Below, piece by piece: positions 36,082-46,971 of a stretch of 64,000 nt of DNA. A program made the position numbers and the translations under genes. Location: assembly GCA_050951585.1 (NCBI GenBank), contig JBMNJI010000006.1, forward strand, positions 364,434 through 428,433. The letters run 5' to 3'. Source of the stretch: Peptococcia bacterium. Lineage in GTDB: Bacteria > Bacillota > Peptococcia > DRI-13 > DTU073. The notes under the pieces were generated by a model. That model was given only the letters and a program-made list of their open reading frames with translations. It had not been told where the DNA came from and made no database searches. Position 1 is the stretch's first letter. The number at the start of each line of letters is the position of its first letter.

Positions 36082-37851
36082 ATGAATGAAATGGAGTGCA
36101 CCTGGGACCTCTCCCCCTTATATCCATCTGTAGAAAACTGGGAGAAAGAACTGACCGAAATACAAATAATCCTTGGTAATATTGTCCACAAGAAAGGAAC
36201 CATCACCAGCAATGCCCATAATCTCTCTGAAACGTTAAAACTGATGGATCAGCTCGGTATCAAGCTCGAACGGGCCGCATCCTACGCCAAAATGAAATTT
36301 GATGCAGATATGGGAAACCCGGCAACAAAGAATGATTATGAGAAGCTGGATCTTTTATACACAAAAATCAGCAGTCAACTGGCCTTTTACGAACCGGAAC
36401 TGCTGCAACTCACACCGGATATTTTTCAGCAATATTTACAAGAAGTACCCGAGTTAATGACCTATCGCTTTATGTTTGAAAAACTCTTTCAACAAAAGTC
36501 CCATATCCTTTCTCCCCAGGAAGAGGAAATCCTCTCGCAGATGGCGGCCTTAGGGGGCTCCTTTGAAAAAATTTATGACGATTTAACGGTCAACGACCTG
36601 GAGTTTCCTGAAATCGAAACCGAGACCGGTGACAAAATCACCGCCAATGAAACAAATTACCGGAAAGCCTTAAATTCCACGAACCGCCCCTTTAGAGCCA
36701 GATATTTTCAAGCTCTCTTAGGTACATATCGTGCCTCCATTAATTCCATAACCTCAATCATCTATGGCAAGATCAAGTACCACGCTTTTCTGGCCAAAAC
36801 CAGAAAATACCCCTCCTCACGGGAAATGTCACTGAGCGTAAACCATATTCCTTTGTCCGTTTACGACACCCTGATTGCTACCATCCGCAGCAACGTGCAC
36901 CAACTCCAACGCTATCTTGCCCTCCGCAAAAAAGTGCTGGGCTACGATGACCTGCATTTTTACGACCTCTTTGTCCCCTTCATCAAAGATGTGGACAAAA
37001 ATTATACCTATGCCGAGGCGCAGGAAATCGTCTTAAAGGCCCTGCATATTTTAGGTGATGACTATGTTGGCGTCTTAAAAAAAGCTTTTAGGGAACGCTG
37101 GATTGATGTTTATCCCAAAAAAGGCAAGGCCTCCGGGGCATACGCCAATGGCATTTATGATGCGCATCCTTATGTTCTTTTAAACTTCACCGGCACGCTG
37201 GAAGATCTGTTTACGATTGCCCATGAACTGGGCCATGTGATGCACAGTTATTACAGTAATCTAAAACAACCCTATGTGGATGCGGATTATGTGATTTTTA
37301 CGGCGGAAGTTGCTTCCACGGTGAACGAATACCTGTTATATCGTTATCTGCTCGACCATGCGGCGAACAAAGACGAAAAAAACTATCTGCTTTGTATGCA
37401 TTTGGACAGTATACGTTCCACCCTGTTCAGGCAAGCCTTTTTTGCTGATTTTGAAATGCAGATGCACCGTCTGGTGGAAGAAGAAACCCCCGTCACGCCT
37501 GATTATTTACGCAAGATTTACCATGATTTATATGCCTATTATCATGGGGACGGCTTTACAATCGACGACGAACTGACCTGCGAATGGGCACGTATTCCGC
37601 ATTTCTACCGTCCTTTCTATGTTTATCAATATGCCACAGGTATATCTGCCGCTATTTGCCTAGCCAAAAATATCGAGGCCAAAAAGGCCGGAGCACTGGA
37701 AGCATATCTGTATTTCCTCAGTTCCGGCGGATCCGATTATCCCATTAATCTATTAAAAAAGGCCGGCGTGGATATGTCCACTTCCGACCCGATTATTGCC
37801 GCACTGCAGGATTTTTCTGCCACACTTGATTTACTGACGGAATCACTATAG
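36082..37851 (+). CDS. pepF: oligoendopeptidase F (M3B)
   Basis: HELGH zinc motif and W-DLS N-terminal motif. ATG at 36082 follows AAAGAGGTGA. The track start at 36031 is probably too early. Confidence 0.9.
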   Translation: MNEMECTWDLSPLYPSVENWEKELTEIQIILGNIVHKKGTITSNAHNLSETLKLMDQLGIKLERAASYAKMKFDADMGNPATKNDYEKLDLLYTKISSQLAFYEPELLQLTPDIFQQYLQEVPELMTYRFMFEKLFQQKSHILSPQEEEILSQMAALGGSFEKIYDDLTVNDLEFPEIETETGDKITANETNYRKALNSTNRPFRARYFQALLGTYRASINSITSIIYGKIKYHAFLAKTRKYPSSREMSLSVNHIPLSVYDTLIATIRSNVHQLQRYLALRKKVLGYDDLHFYDLFVPFIKDVDKNYTYAEAQEIVLKALHILGDDYVGVLKKAFRERWIDVYPKKGKASGAYANGIYDAHPYVLLNFTGTLEDLFTIAHELGHVMHSYYSNLKQPYVDADYVIFTAEVASTVNEYLLYRYLLDHAANKDEKNYLLCMHLDSIRSTLFRQAFFADFEMQMHRLVEEETPVTPDYLRKIYHDLYAYYHGDGFTIDDELTCEWARIPHFYRPFYVYQYATGISAAICLAKNIEAKKAGALEAYLYFLSSGGSDYPINLLKKAGVDMSTSDPIIAALQDFSATLDLLTESL

Positions 37852-37864
37852 CTATTGACCGGTA

Positions 37865-38320
37865 TTACAGGCCGCTGGAGCCAAAACCGCCGCCTCGGTT
37901 TTCCCCGATTGCCGCCACATCCTCAACCGGTACCCAGTTGATCACCGGTACTTTCTGCAAAACGATCTGCGCGATGCGGTCCCCTTTTTTGATTAGATAC
38001 TCCTCCTTCGAGGATGTATTATGCACAATCACGCAAATCTCATCACGGTAACCCGCATCAATAGTGCCTGGACTATTGGCAATTCTTAACGGCGATTTTA
38101 AGGATAACCCGCTCCTGGGCCGCACTTGCAGTTCGTAACCAACAGGAGTAGCCACCTTCAACCCGGTTCTAACCAGCACGGTTTGGCCGGGTTGAATTTT
38201 TTGTTCTTCAATCGTATACAGGTCCATCCCGGCATCACCGGCTCTTGCATAAGCAGGCAATTTCGCTTCCGGATGACAACACTCGACATAAATATTGATC
38301 TTTTCTTCTGCTGCGCTCAT
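37865..38320 (-). CDS. dut: dUTP diphosphatase
   Basis: 151 aa. Motifs AGMDL, RSGL and GTIDAGYRGE-like (GTIDAGYRDE). Confidence 0.9.
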   Translation of the reverse strand: MSAAEEKINIYVECCHPEAKLPAYARAGDAGMDLYTIEEQKIQPGQTVLVRTGLKVATPVGYELQVRPRSGLSLKSPLRIANSPGTIDAGYRDEICVIVHNTSSKEEYLIKKGDRIAQIVLQKVPVINWVPVEDVAAIGENRGGGFGSSGL

Positions 38321-38344
38321 TTTTTCCCTCCGGCGATTCTTCTT

Positions 38345-40582
38345 TTATCCTGCAGTATTCTCCGTGCAGTCCGTTTCCTCCTGCTGATCTTTTTTACAGG
38401 GAAGATAAATGATAAATTTTGTTCCTTCGAGAGCAACGCTACTTTCAATTTCTATTTTTCCGTGATGCTCTTTGATGATCTGAAAACAAATACATAAACC
38501 TAACCCTGTCCCTTTGGTTTTGGTTGTAAAAAAAGGTGTGCCAGCCATTAACCGTTCTTCTTCGCTCATGGGTCGACCATTATTATAGATGCTAATCGCA
38601 ATCTGAGAGCTTTGGTGATGATATTCCGAAGATATTTTAATTAGGGGATTGGTGAGATCACCGACTGCTTCCATGGCATTTTTCGAGATATTGAGGATAA
38701 CTTGCCTGATTTTATTCAAATCAGCAAAGATGACTTTCTGTCCGTCTTTAATTTCATATTGCACTTCAATCTTCCTGATAAAAGCATTGGTATCAATCAT
38801 GGCCTTAATGGAGTCAATCATCGCATCGACGTTAATATCCTCATACTTACACGGGGAAGGTTTCGCAAACATCAGAAAATCAGTCACAAACCGATTAATG
38901 TTTTCTGTTTCCTGCTCAATTAAGCCGGCATACTCCAAAATTTTTCCTTCTTCCGTTTTATATCTGATTAACTGACTGAACCCTTTTATCGCCGTTAATG
39001 GGTTCCTGATTTCATGGACAATACCGGCGGCCATCTGCCCTAAGGTAATTAATTTCTCATTCTGCCGCTCCATTTCATTTTCAATACTAATCGAGGTAAT
39101 ATCCGCTGCGGTAAGGATCATGCCAATTATTTCCCCGTCAATGTTTTTAATATGATCGGTATGAATCAGTAGTTCTTTGTCATTGCCTTTCACTGTGACA
39201 ATCGGTAAACGATAAAATTTATCCTGTTTCCCGGCATTAAGGAATAAGTGGTACTGCTGTCCCTTCTTACGCTCATCATCAATAATAATCTCAAATAAGG
39301 AATCAATGTTTTTGCCGATTATATCAGACTCTTCCATTTCCAGTAACTCCGTAGTTTTACTGTTACACATAATAATTCTATATTGGATATCGGTAATTAT
39401 AATCAGATTATTAATAGAGCCTAAAATCGTCTTTGTTTGCAGTTTCAAGCTTGCCAAATCCTGTTCATTCTTCGGATCATCAAACAAAACCAAATACCCA
39501 TCCGCAATCTTGAAATAATCCGCCTTTAATTTGATACTTTGCCCGTTTTTTGTCTTTAATTCTAAAAGAATGTTTTTCTCACATTTTCCGCCGTTGGCAA
39601 ATGCCTGAGGAATTCTATTGAGCTCACTGAATTTACTGCCTGTCGCCATCGGATCGCAACCAAATACATCTTTCAATTCACAGTCTAATAAACTTAAAGC
39701 CTTGGTATTGGCAAACGATAATTCGATGTCGGAGTTATACATGGTCACCCCAATGGGTAATTCATTCAGCAAACATTTGAGAAATATATTGTTTTGTTCT
39801 GCCTTTTCATAGGGATAAAGAACCGCACTAGCCACAATTCCCTTGAAAAAAAAGTAATAACAGGCCAGTTTCAGGAGATGTCCCAAGATAAAATAAACGG
39901 ACTCTTTTGCATAGAACATTATCCCTACTTCAGCGATGATTGCCGATAATACTGCGGCAAATATATAAGGAAAAATTACGACTCCCTTTTCCCCTAACTT
40001 CCCTTTGATTTTCAATAAGGCATAGAGAAAGAGTACAATAATGCCGCCTTCCAAAAATAGTCTTGTCACCGTAGTTCTCTGCATATCATCATACAATGCC
40101 GGCAACATGGGAAAAAGGCTGTAAATTGCCCAGGATGTTATGCCGATTAAGAGGACGGTTACCAAAAAGCCAATTCTTTTTGGCACGGCAAAATTCCTCT
40201 TTGTAATATAGATTAGAATATGGCCTTCAATCAGCCTTCCCGTATAATAATACCAAATTGAAAGTTCATTATTGATATCTCCTGCCACACTAATAATACC
40301 GCTGAATAAAAGAGCGTGCATTAAATTAAATACTGCTACAAAAAGAAACCCGAAGCCTATCAAATGGTTCACTTGTGTATTTCTTTGATATGTATACCAG
40401 ACCAGCATGAATATACTAAATGAAATATAGACGCAAAGCATTTCCACTATAGTGTGAAAGAGAGAATAATAAGCTTGCGCCATATGGAAAAACAGAATTA
40501 AAAAAAAGACGATCAGCAAAGATACGGTAATAGTATCCTTTAATAATGAGAAATTCTGTTTTTCTTTGTTCAATACTAACAT
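38345..40582 (-). CDS. sensor histidine kinase with polytopic N-terminal sensor domain and PAS regions
   Basis: 745 aa. About 7 TM segments (MASE3-like by eye), HisKA H-box HEIRNPL, and HATPase GTGLGL. No response regulator is adjacent. Confidence 0.85.
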   Translation of the reverse strand: MLVLNKEKQNFSLLKDTITVSLLIVFFLILFFHMAQAYYSLFHTIVEMLCVYISFSIFMLVWYTYQRNTQVNHLIGFGFLFVAVFNLMHALLFSGIISVAGDINNELSIWYYYTGRLIEGHILIYITKRNFAVPKRIGFLVTVLLIGITSWAIYSLFPMLPALYDDMQRTTVTRLFLEGGIIVLFLYALLKIKGKLGEKGVVIFPYIFAAVLSAIIAEVGIMFYAKESVYFILGHLLKLACYYFFFKGIVASAVLYPYEKAEQNNIFLKCLLNELPIGVTMYNSDIELSFANTKALSLLDCELKDVFGCDPMATGSKFSELNRIPQAFANGGKCEKNILLELKTKNGQSIKLKADYFKIADGYLVLFDDPKNEQDLASLKLQTKTILGSINNLIIITDIQYRIIMCNSKTTELLEMEESDIIGKNIDSLFEIIIDDERKKGQQYHLFLNAGKQDKFYRLPIVTVKGNDKELLIHTDHIKNIDGEIIGMILTAADITSISIENEMERQNEKLITLGQMAAGIVHEIRNPLTAIKGFSQLIRYKTEEGKILEYAGLIEQETENINRFVTDFLMFAKPSPCKYEDINVDAMIDSIKAMIDTNAFIRKIEVQYEIKDGQKVIFADLNKIRQVILNISKNAMEAVGDLTNPLIKISSEYHHQSSQIAISIYNNGRPMSEEERLMAGTPFFTTKTKGTGLGLCICFQIIKEHHGKIEIESSVALEGTKFIIYLPCKKDQQEETDCTENTAG

Positions 40583-40855
40583 ACACTAACCTTCCTTATA
40601 TTATAACTATTGTGAGTAAATTGGGAAATCAATTAATGTTTAATTAATTGTAAACTATAACAAATTGCTTTTAAGAAATCACGCATATTTTGACGAAAAA
40701 AATTTTATCCCCCGATTTTTTCTCACAATTAATATGACAAATGGAGAATGCAAATCGTTCTCATTTTTTTAATATTTATTTTGAATATTTAAGAACCATT
40801 TTTCGTTAGTATTTGTCATATAAGTAAATAAAAAATTAAATTTTGAGGTGATGAT

Positions 40856-41239
40856 ATGTTAAAAAAGAGTTTTTTACTCACCCTGGTCTGCATCATACTT
40901 TTCACAACCCCTCTGGCCGCCCAAGAAATGATTATTCAAGGTTACTCAGATGTATTTATGTCATATGAAGCAAGTATTGGTGTATACGGTTCCAGAATTA
41001 TCTGTGAAGCTGGTTCGGATTTAGCAGGCTATTACGACACATCAATCAAAATGCAACTACAAAAATATGTCAACGGAAGCTGGGTAACACTACAATCATG
41101 GTATAGAGAAACACACCATTGCACTATTACCATTGTCGGCGGCTACGACAAGGCCCCGGGAGTGTATCGTACCATTGCCACCCACAAAGCCGGCGGAGAA
41201 ACCCAATACTCATATAGCCCTAATTTTTTAGTTAATTAA
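40856..41239 (+). CDS. small secreted protein, unknown function
   Basis: 127 aa. Signal peptide MLKKSFLLTLVCIILFTTPLAA. RBS is GAGGTGA. Confidence 0.6.
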   Translation: MLKKSFLLTLVCIILFTTPLAAQEMIIQGYSDVFMSYEASIGVYGSRIICEAGSDLAGYYDTSIKMQLQKYVNGSWVTLQSWYRETHHCTITIVGGYDKAPGVYRTIATHKAGGETQYSYSPNFLVN

Positions 41240-41264
41240 TCGGTTCGATTAAAAAATCTGACGC

Positions 41265-41300
41265 AATAGGAAGCTTGAGACAGCTTCCTATTTTTTATTT
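41265..41300 (+). terminator. rho-independent terminator
   Basis: AATAGGAAGCT (41265-41275) / AGCTTCCTATT (41282-41292), followed by TTTTTATTTT. Confidence 0.75.
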
Positions 41301-41340
41301 TAATGATTCTATTACCTTGATTGCTTCCCGGTAATCCAGA

Positions 41341-42021
41341 TTAGCGGTGAACAACACGATAATTAACATTCTTTTCGGTCCAGCGAAATTCCAAAACCTT
41401 TTGCCGATCAAAAAGTATTACTTTAAGACCATTCTGCAAGGTAAGCTCCTCAAATTGGGCATTCTCCGGTACAAATGTATTGCGGTTATTCTCAATAAGC
41501 AGATTGTGCTGGGTTATGGTCAGAAAAGACTGTTCAGGCTGTTGAAAGCTGATGGTCACCGTCGATAGGGGGTATTCAACAGAATAAATACTGATCGCAG
41601 GTGGAGTGGCCGATAAAACCTCCGGCAAATATTTAGGATATACCACATTAAAAACGACCATGCTTTTCGCTTCTTCAAGAGTAACGCCTTCAAACTGACC
41701 CTCTTTATATTCTGGATTACGTCTTTCCGTGAAAATAAAATCATTGTTTTGCGACTTTTCTACCCACTGAAACAGCTCATCTTTAAAACCGATCACCACC
41801 TGTGGGTTTAGTAAAGCACAAGAAGTGACTAAAAGAAGAGCTGCTGCCACAGTGAGCCATTTCATCCTTTGCGCAAACCTCTTTTTATTCTTTATGACAG
41901 CGTCATTTTTTTCTGCTATTTTCCGTTCAAAATCCTGCCATTTTTCTTCGGGATTAATCAAGGTTGGACCATCAATGATTGCCTTCATGTTTTGCTTCAT
42001 AAGCTCATCAAAATTATTCAT
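41341..42021 (-). CDS. anti-sigma factor-like membrane protein (DUF4367-type C-terminal domain)
   Basis: 226 aa with a single TM (WLTVAAALLLVTSCALL). Has a 4-nt overlap with the sigma factor gene. Confidence 0.65.
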   Translation of the reverse strand: MNNFDELMKQNMKAIIDGPTLINPEEKWQDFERKIAEKNDAVIKNKKRFAQRMKWLTVAAALLLVTSCALLNPQVVIGFKDELFQWVEKSQNNDFIFTERRNPEYKEGQFEGVTLEEAKSMVVFNVVYPKYLPEVLSATPPAISIYSVEYPLSTVTISFQQPEQSFLTITQHNLLIENNRNTFVPENAQFEELTLQNGLKVILFDRQKVLEFRWTEKNVNYRVVHR

Positions 42022-42572
42022 CTGTCTGCGTTCTCCTCCTTACAACTTAAATAATCACCATAGATTTTCTGTAACGTAATCTCCAGGGTTTTCCTCGCCC
42101 GAAAAAGAGATGATTTAACTGTCCCTAAGGGAACCTGGAGATAATCTGCGATTTCCTGGTCTGTTAAGCTCCAATAATATTTTAAAATCACCATCTGACT
42201 AAGTAAGGGATCTAATAAATAAATGGCCCTGCGAATCTCCTGATTAGTTTCCTTCTCTAGGTATTTTTGACATGGTTCATAATCGTCCCATTGTTCTCCC
42301 CAGATATTCTTGATATGGAGGATTTTTTCCTCTTCCCCAATCGTCAAGCTCTTTTTATTCCGATTATACATATTGATGGCTTGCTTGGAACCAATAGCTG
42401 CCACCCAGGCACCAAATTTCTCCGGTTCTCTCAAAGTATGTAGATTAGTATAAGCCTTGAGAAACGCCTCCTGGGTTGCCTCCTCAGCCAAGGCCGAGTT
42501 TTTTAGTATTAACAAACAAGTGGAAAAGACTTTTTGATAATACTTAAGATAGAGAAGCCGAAATGCCTCCAT
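42018..42572 (-). CDS. RNA polymerase sigma factor, sigma-70/ECF family
   Basis: 184 aa. Region 2 (AEEATQEAFLKAY) and a region 4 HTH (LTDQEIADYLQVPLGTVKSSLFRARK). Confidence 0.85.
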   Translation of the reverse strand: MEAFRLLYLKYYQKVFSTCLLILKNSALAEEATQEAFLKAYTNLHTLREPEKFGAWVAAIGSKQAINMYNRNKKSLTIGEEEKILHIKNIWGEQWDDYEPCQKYLEKETNQEIRRAIYLLDPLLSQMVILKYYWSLTDQEIADYLQVPLGTVKSSLFRARKTLEITLQKIYGDYLSCKEENADR

Positions 42573-42624
42573 GTCAAATCCCTCCGTCTCCTACCTGTTT
42601 ATGTTCCTTAACCCCACTTTTTGT

Positions 42625-44190
42625 TTAAGATCGGATTTCATTCTTCCCCCTGTCTAAAGAACGATATTGTAAAGCCTCCGCAAGATGTGTCACGCCAATT
42701 ATTTCACTATTAGCAAGATCGGCGATAGTTCGCGCTATTTTTAATATTCGCTCATGGGAACGTACACTAAGACCCAACGTCGTATATACTCTCTGCAGTA
42801 AACTTTTCGCATCGTCATGCAACTGGCAATACTTTCGCACATCTTGATTATTCATGAACGCATTACAGGTTATCCCGCGTCCGTTAAAACGCTTGAGCTG
42901 TCTTAATCGAGCGTCCTTCACTCTTTGGCGTACTACCTGCGAATTCTCTTCCGGTCTGTTGTCATGCAGTTCATGATAAGCCAACCGGGGGACTTCCACA
43001 TGCAAATCGATACGATCCAGCAAAGGACCGGATAATTTATTCCGGTATTTATTCACCTGATACGGCGTACAGGTGCATTCTCTGGTGTTGTCTCCGTAAT
43101 ACCCGCAATAACAGGGATTGGCTGCCGCAATAAGCTGAAATCTGGCCGGATAGGTGATTACGGCGGAAACCCTGGAAATAGTCACAACTTTTTCTTCTAA
43201 GGGCTGTCTTAATGATTCCAGCACATCACGCCGAAATTCAGGTACTTCATCCAAAAATAAAACTCCATGTGTCGCTAAAGTAACTTCCCCCGGACTCGGA
43301 ACAAGACCCCCGCCGATAATACTGGCTGCTGAAGCGGAATGATGCGGAGCGCGAAAAGGCCGGCTGGTTACTAACGGCTTTTCTTTACTAAGCAGTCCCG
43401 CAATGCTATAGACCTTGCTCACTTCTAAGGCTTCCTCCGTGGTCAATGGTGGCAAAATGGAAGGAAAGCACTTGGCCAGTAAGCTCTTCCCGCACCCGGG
43501 CGAACCGATAAAAAGAAGATTGTGCCCGCCAGCCGCCGCCACCTCCATCGCCCTTTTGGCTAATCTTTGCCCTTTCACATCCGCCAAATCATAAATCGTC
43601 TCCTGCTTGTCCACCAAATAATGCTCAAGGCTTTGGGGCGCGACTTTCGGATAAAGATGCGGGTTTTCGAGAAACTTCACAACCTCTTCCAATCTACTAA
43701 AACAATACGCTGTTCCCTGGGCGAGAGCTACCTCTCCATGATTATCCTCCGCCACGATGAAAGCTCTTCCGTTCTCCGAACTTACAAATAACGCCATCGG
43801 CAAAATACCGGGGACCCCTCTGATAGCTCCATCTAAAGATAACTCGCCGGTCAGATAATAAGCGGGGAGAAATTCTGTCTTCAACTGTTCCGTAGCCGCT
43901 AAGATCCCAATCGCAATGGCCAGGTCAAAACCCGGTCCTTCCTTTTTGAGATCAGCAGGCGCCAGATTCACGATAATCTTGCGCGGTGGAAAAACAAATC
44001 CGGCATTTTTTATCGCCGTGCGCACTCTTTCTTTACTTTCCTTGACGGTGGTATCCGGTAAACCTACGATGGTAAATTCGGGTAACCCACCGGAAGCATC
44101 CACTTCAACTTCAATCGGATAAGGGTCCATCCCCACTATCGTACAGCCATTAACACGTGCTAACAATATCCTTCCCCCCAGACAAATCAA
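42625..44190 (-). CDS. comM: YifB/ComM family Mg-chelatase-like ATPase
   Basis: 521 aa. Lon-like N-terminal domain and Walker A GSPGCGKS. Start codon is uncertain. Confidence 0.9.
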   Translation of the reverse strand: MICLGGRILLARVNGCTIVGMDPYPIEVEVDASGGLPEFTIVGLPDTTVKESKERVRTAIKNAGFVFPPRKIIVNLAPADLKKEGPGFDLAIAIGILAATEQLKTEFLPAYYLTGELSLDGAIRGVPGILPMALFVSSENGRAFIVAEDNHGEVALAQGTAYCFSRLEEVVKFLENPHLYPKVAPQSLEHYLVDKQETIYDLADVKGQRLAKRAMEVAAAGGHNLLFIGSPGCGKSLLAKCFPSILPPLTTEEALEVSKVYSIAGLLSKEKPLVTSRPFRAPHHSASAASIIGGGLVPSPGEVTLATHGVLFLDEVPEFRRDVLESLRQPLEEKVVTISRVSAVITYPARFQLIAAANPCYCGYYGDNTRECTCTPYQVNKYRNKLSGPLLDRIDLHVEVPRLAYHELHDNRPEENSQVVRQRVKDARLRQLKRFNGRGITCNAFMNNQDVRKYCQLHDDAKSLLQRVYTTLGLSVRSHERILKIARTIADLANSEIIGVTHLAEALQYRSLDRGKNEIRS

Positions 44191-44291
44191 TCAAGGAAAA
44201 CCACAATCAGCGTAGATCAGTGTATTTGTTGTCAGTTTACCACAAACACTTGTTTGGGGTCAAGGTTCGCCATTCAATGATTTGATTTGTT

Positions 44292-44325
44292 AAAAAATAC
44301 TGCCTGGTTTTCTTACAGGCAGTAT
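44292..44325 (-). terminator. rho-independent terminator
   Basis: ATACTGCCTG (44297-44306) / CAGGCAGTAT (44316-44325), followed on the minus strand by TTTTTAAC. Confidence 0.7.
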
Positions 44326-44350
44326 CCCAAGTTGCTATTCAAACATTACT

Positions 44351-45397
44351 CTAAGGCATAATTACAATATTCGTCACTACCGGCCGTAATTTACCATCCG
44401 AGGGGCGGTTCAATACTTCATTTTGATAAATAAAAGTACTGGATCCTCCACCATCTAAATTATATCCTTCCTTCACGCCCAATTCAATCAATTTATCGAT
44501 TAGCCTTTCCAAAGTCACGCCACTACTCCAATCTGACTGACGCCCGTCAACGACAATCATGATCAGATCACCGTTCGCATATTCCCCGATGATGGTCCGG
44601 GGTTGATTTGTTTTCGCCCAGTCCGGAGGAATCGGATGTTTGACCCCTCCCTTGATTAAGACGGGGATAAAACTCACTCCCTGCCAGGGATCCAGGGACA
44701 TCAGCTGATCCTCTTCCGTAAAAATACCACCAATCAAGCGTCCCTTTCGATTAATCCCCGAAAAGGAGAGATTGCCCGGATAAGCATTAAAAGGACCTAC
44801 CAGTTTCCCGTCAATAACCACATTTCCGATATGTATCCCCTGGGGCTGACCATCGCGCATTTCCGTATAGAAACCACCGCCGTTAATTCCTAAGATTGCA
44901 CCCGTTCTTTGCACTGCTTCCATTGTTGTTTCCTTGGCCCCAATTTTGTCCTGGGCAAGCACAACCTTAAATACTTTGGGATCATAAAGCTTCACCTTGG
45001 CGATAAATCCGCGATAGCCGAGCTCCTGCAGCTTAAATACCTTTATTTCTACCCGCCGGGAGGCGTACTCCTTCACCGGCGGACCGAGCATTTTCAAAAT
45101 CCGTTCCTCGTATATCTGATCGGATTTCCTTTCCTGCTTTGAGGCCACTTTAGTTAAATCTCCTAAAACCTGGTCTTGTTCCTCATACTGCGCTTTCTGC
45201 TCATCCGCCTGTTGATAAAGAAGAGCCAGTTTATCCTCCAGCGCAAACATACTTTGCTGAAAATCATCCAGGGAATTATTGGTCTCAGCGACCGGTATCA
45301 GCAGGTTCTGCACCGCAGCATCTAAACTATTCAGCGTAAGCAACATCCCCAGCAGAGGCGCAATTATTAAGGCAACTAAGATGTTCACCGTACGCAT
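44351..45397 (-). CDS. phosphodiester glycosidase family protein (NAGPA/DUF2233-like)
   Basis: 348 aa. N-terminal TM/signal and coiled coil, then ILGINGGGF...YNLDGGGSSTF motifs. Confidence 0.75.
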   Translation of the reverse strand: MRTVNILVALIIAPLLGMLLTLNSLDAAVQNLLIPVAETNNSLDDFQQSMFALEDKLALLYQQADEQKAQYEEQDQVLGDLTKVASKQERKSDQIYEERILKMLGPPVKEYASRRVEIKVFKLQELGYRGFIAKVKLYDPKVFKVVLAQDKIGAKETTMEAVQRTGAILGINGGGFYTEMRDGQPQGIHIGNVVIDGKLVGPFNAYPGNLSFSGINRKGRLIGGIFTEEDQLMSLDPWQGVSFIPVLIKGGVKHPIPPDWAKTNQPRTIIGEYANGDLIMIVVDGRQSDWSSGVTLERLIDKLIELGVKEGYNLDGGGSSTFIYQNEVLNRPSDGKLRPVVTNIVIMP

Positions 45398-45795
45398 CAG
45401 GGAGCCTCCTTCAAGATATTCAAGCTCTTTTCCAACGCTTTTAATTGATCATCCAACAGTTCAATCTTCTCATTTAGCTCTTCCTGAATATCGCCCGCTG
45501 ATGAAAGTGTCTCATCAGTGTCACTGAGCGCATTCTTTAACGCGTTCAGTTCATTATTTAAAGCGGAAAGTTTTTCATTGACCTCCTGCATATGTAAGGC
45601 ATTGGTTTGCTGCAGGTTGGTAATTGTCTGATCAAAATATTGTTTTGTGAAAGAAAAACCACCGTAGACTAATCCTCCCCAAACAAGCAAAAACAATAAC
45701 ACATAGGCAATCCCTTTGCCGATTGATGTGTTCTTATTCCGTCTTCTCACGTTTTCTTTGTCTTGAAGGTATAATTGTTCGGCATCTGACCTCAT
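45397..45795 (-). CDS. membrane-anchored coiled-coil protein
   Basis: 132 aa with a single TM and a heptad-like C-terminus. Its stop overlaps the start of the downstream gene. Confidence 0.6.
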   Translation of the reverse strand: MRSDAEQLYLQDKENVRRRNKNTSIGKGIAYVLLFLLVWGGLVYGGFSFTKQYFDQTITNLQQTNALHMQEVNEKLSALNNELNALKNALSDTDETLSSAGDIQEELNEKIELLDDQLKALEKSLNILKEAP

Positions 45796-45907
45796 GAAGA
45801 CCCTCCTCTCCTCCTGCTCAATTCCCCTTAGTTTTACTTCTCTCTTTTTCCTTGATTTCCTGCACAGAAAATGTTATTCCTCTAAATGCCTGCCTTTACA
45901 ATTATCT

Positions 45908-46282
45908 CTAAAAAGCATTTTTGAATAATTCTACCGTTTTAATTGTATCCTGCTGTTCAAAGAGCACCCCAATCACATCAAAACGGCATTCGCGCTGTTG
46001 TAGCTCCTTGTTACATTGTAAATAATATTCCGCCACTTTGCGCACTTTCCGCTGTTTAACCCAATTCACCGTTTCTTGAGGCCAGCCAAAATCCGCACCG
46101 CTTCTGCTGCGCACTTCCACAAAAACCAAAGTCTCTCCGTCTTCAGCAATAATATCAATTTCGCCCACAAAACAGCGAAAATTTCTTTTCCTCAGTCGAT
46201 ACCCCTGTTGCTCGAGATAATCTGCCGCCGCATCCTCGGCCTTTCTTCCCAGAATAATATGCTCCACTTTTCTACACCTCAC
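45908..46282 (-). CDS. yraN: YraN family (UPF0102) endonuclease-like protein
   Basis: 124 aa. GEIDIIA...LVFVEVRSR motif. Lies downstream of rnhB, as in many Firmicutes. Confidence 0.85.
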   Translation of the reverse strand: MRCRKVEHIILGRKAEDAAADYLEQQGYRLRKRNFRCFVGEIDIIAEDGETLVFVEVRSRSGADFGWPQETVNWVKQRKVRKVAEYYLQCNKELQQRECRFDVIGVLFEQQDTIKTVELFKNAF

Positions 46283-46971
46283 CAGTTTACGAGGATTTTT
46301 TGTAAAAAACTCCGCCGATGCACCGGGGAAGGTCCGTATAATTGTAACGCTTCCCGATGATGGGCTGTCCCGTATCCTTTATTATCCTTAAACCCATAAA
46401 CCGGATAAAACTCATCCAGCAAGACCATCAGCCTGTCCCGGTATGTTTTGGCAATGATTGAGGCCGCAGCGATGGCTGCACATGTACTGTCTCCGCGGAC
46501 AATACTCTCCTGCGGTATATCGGCATCAATGTGCATGGCATCCAGCAAGAGATAATCCGGACACACCTTTAAGGAACGAACTGCTTTGGCCATGGCTACT
46601 TTTGTGGCTTGATAGATATTAATTCGGTCAATCTCCTTATGATTGACTAAACCCACTGCCCAGGCAACTGCTTCCGCCTTAATCTGCCCCGCCAGTTTTT
46701 CCCGCTTCGCGGCGCTCAACTTTTTTGAATCATCCAATCCGGGAAGAAAGCTATTGGCCGGGAGAATAACACATGCCGCCACAACCGGGCCTGCCAAAGG
46801 CCCCCTTCCTGCTTCATCCACCCCGCCTACCGCTCGAAAACCCAATTCCTGCAGGGATAATTCTTTTTGCCGCAATTCAATAAACCGGCTGATTTCTTTT
46901 TCCTTTGCCGCTGTCTGTTTTTCTTTACTCTTCATCAGTTGCTGTATCCTCCTGTTTCGCAACTTTTTCAA
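46279..46971 (-). CDS. rnhB: ribonuclease HII
   Basis: [16 protein letters not shown] active-site motif. Start is uncertain (TTG at 46971 or ATG at 46935). Confidence 0.9.
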   Translation of the reverse strand: MKKLRNRRIQQLMKSKEKQTAAKEKEISRFIELRQKELSLQELGFRAVGGVDEAGRGPLAGPVVAACVILPANSFLPGLDDSKKLSAAKREKLAGQIKAEAVAWAVGLVNHKEIDRINIYQATKVAMAKAVRSLKVCPDYLLLDAMHIDADIPQESIVRGDSTCAAIAAASIIAKTYRDRLMVLLDEFYPVYGFKDNKGYGTAHHREALQLYGPSPVHRRSFLQKILVNW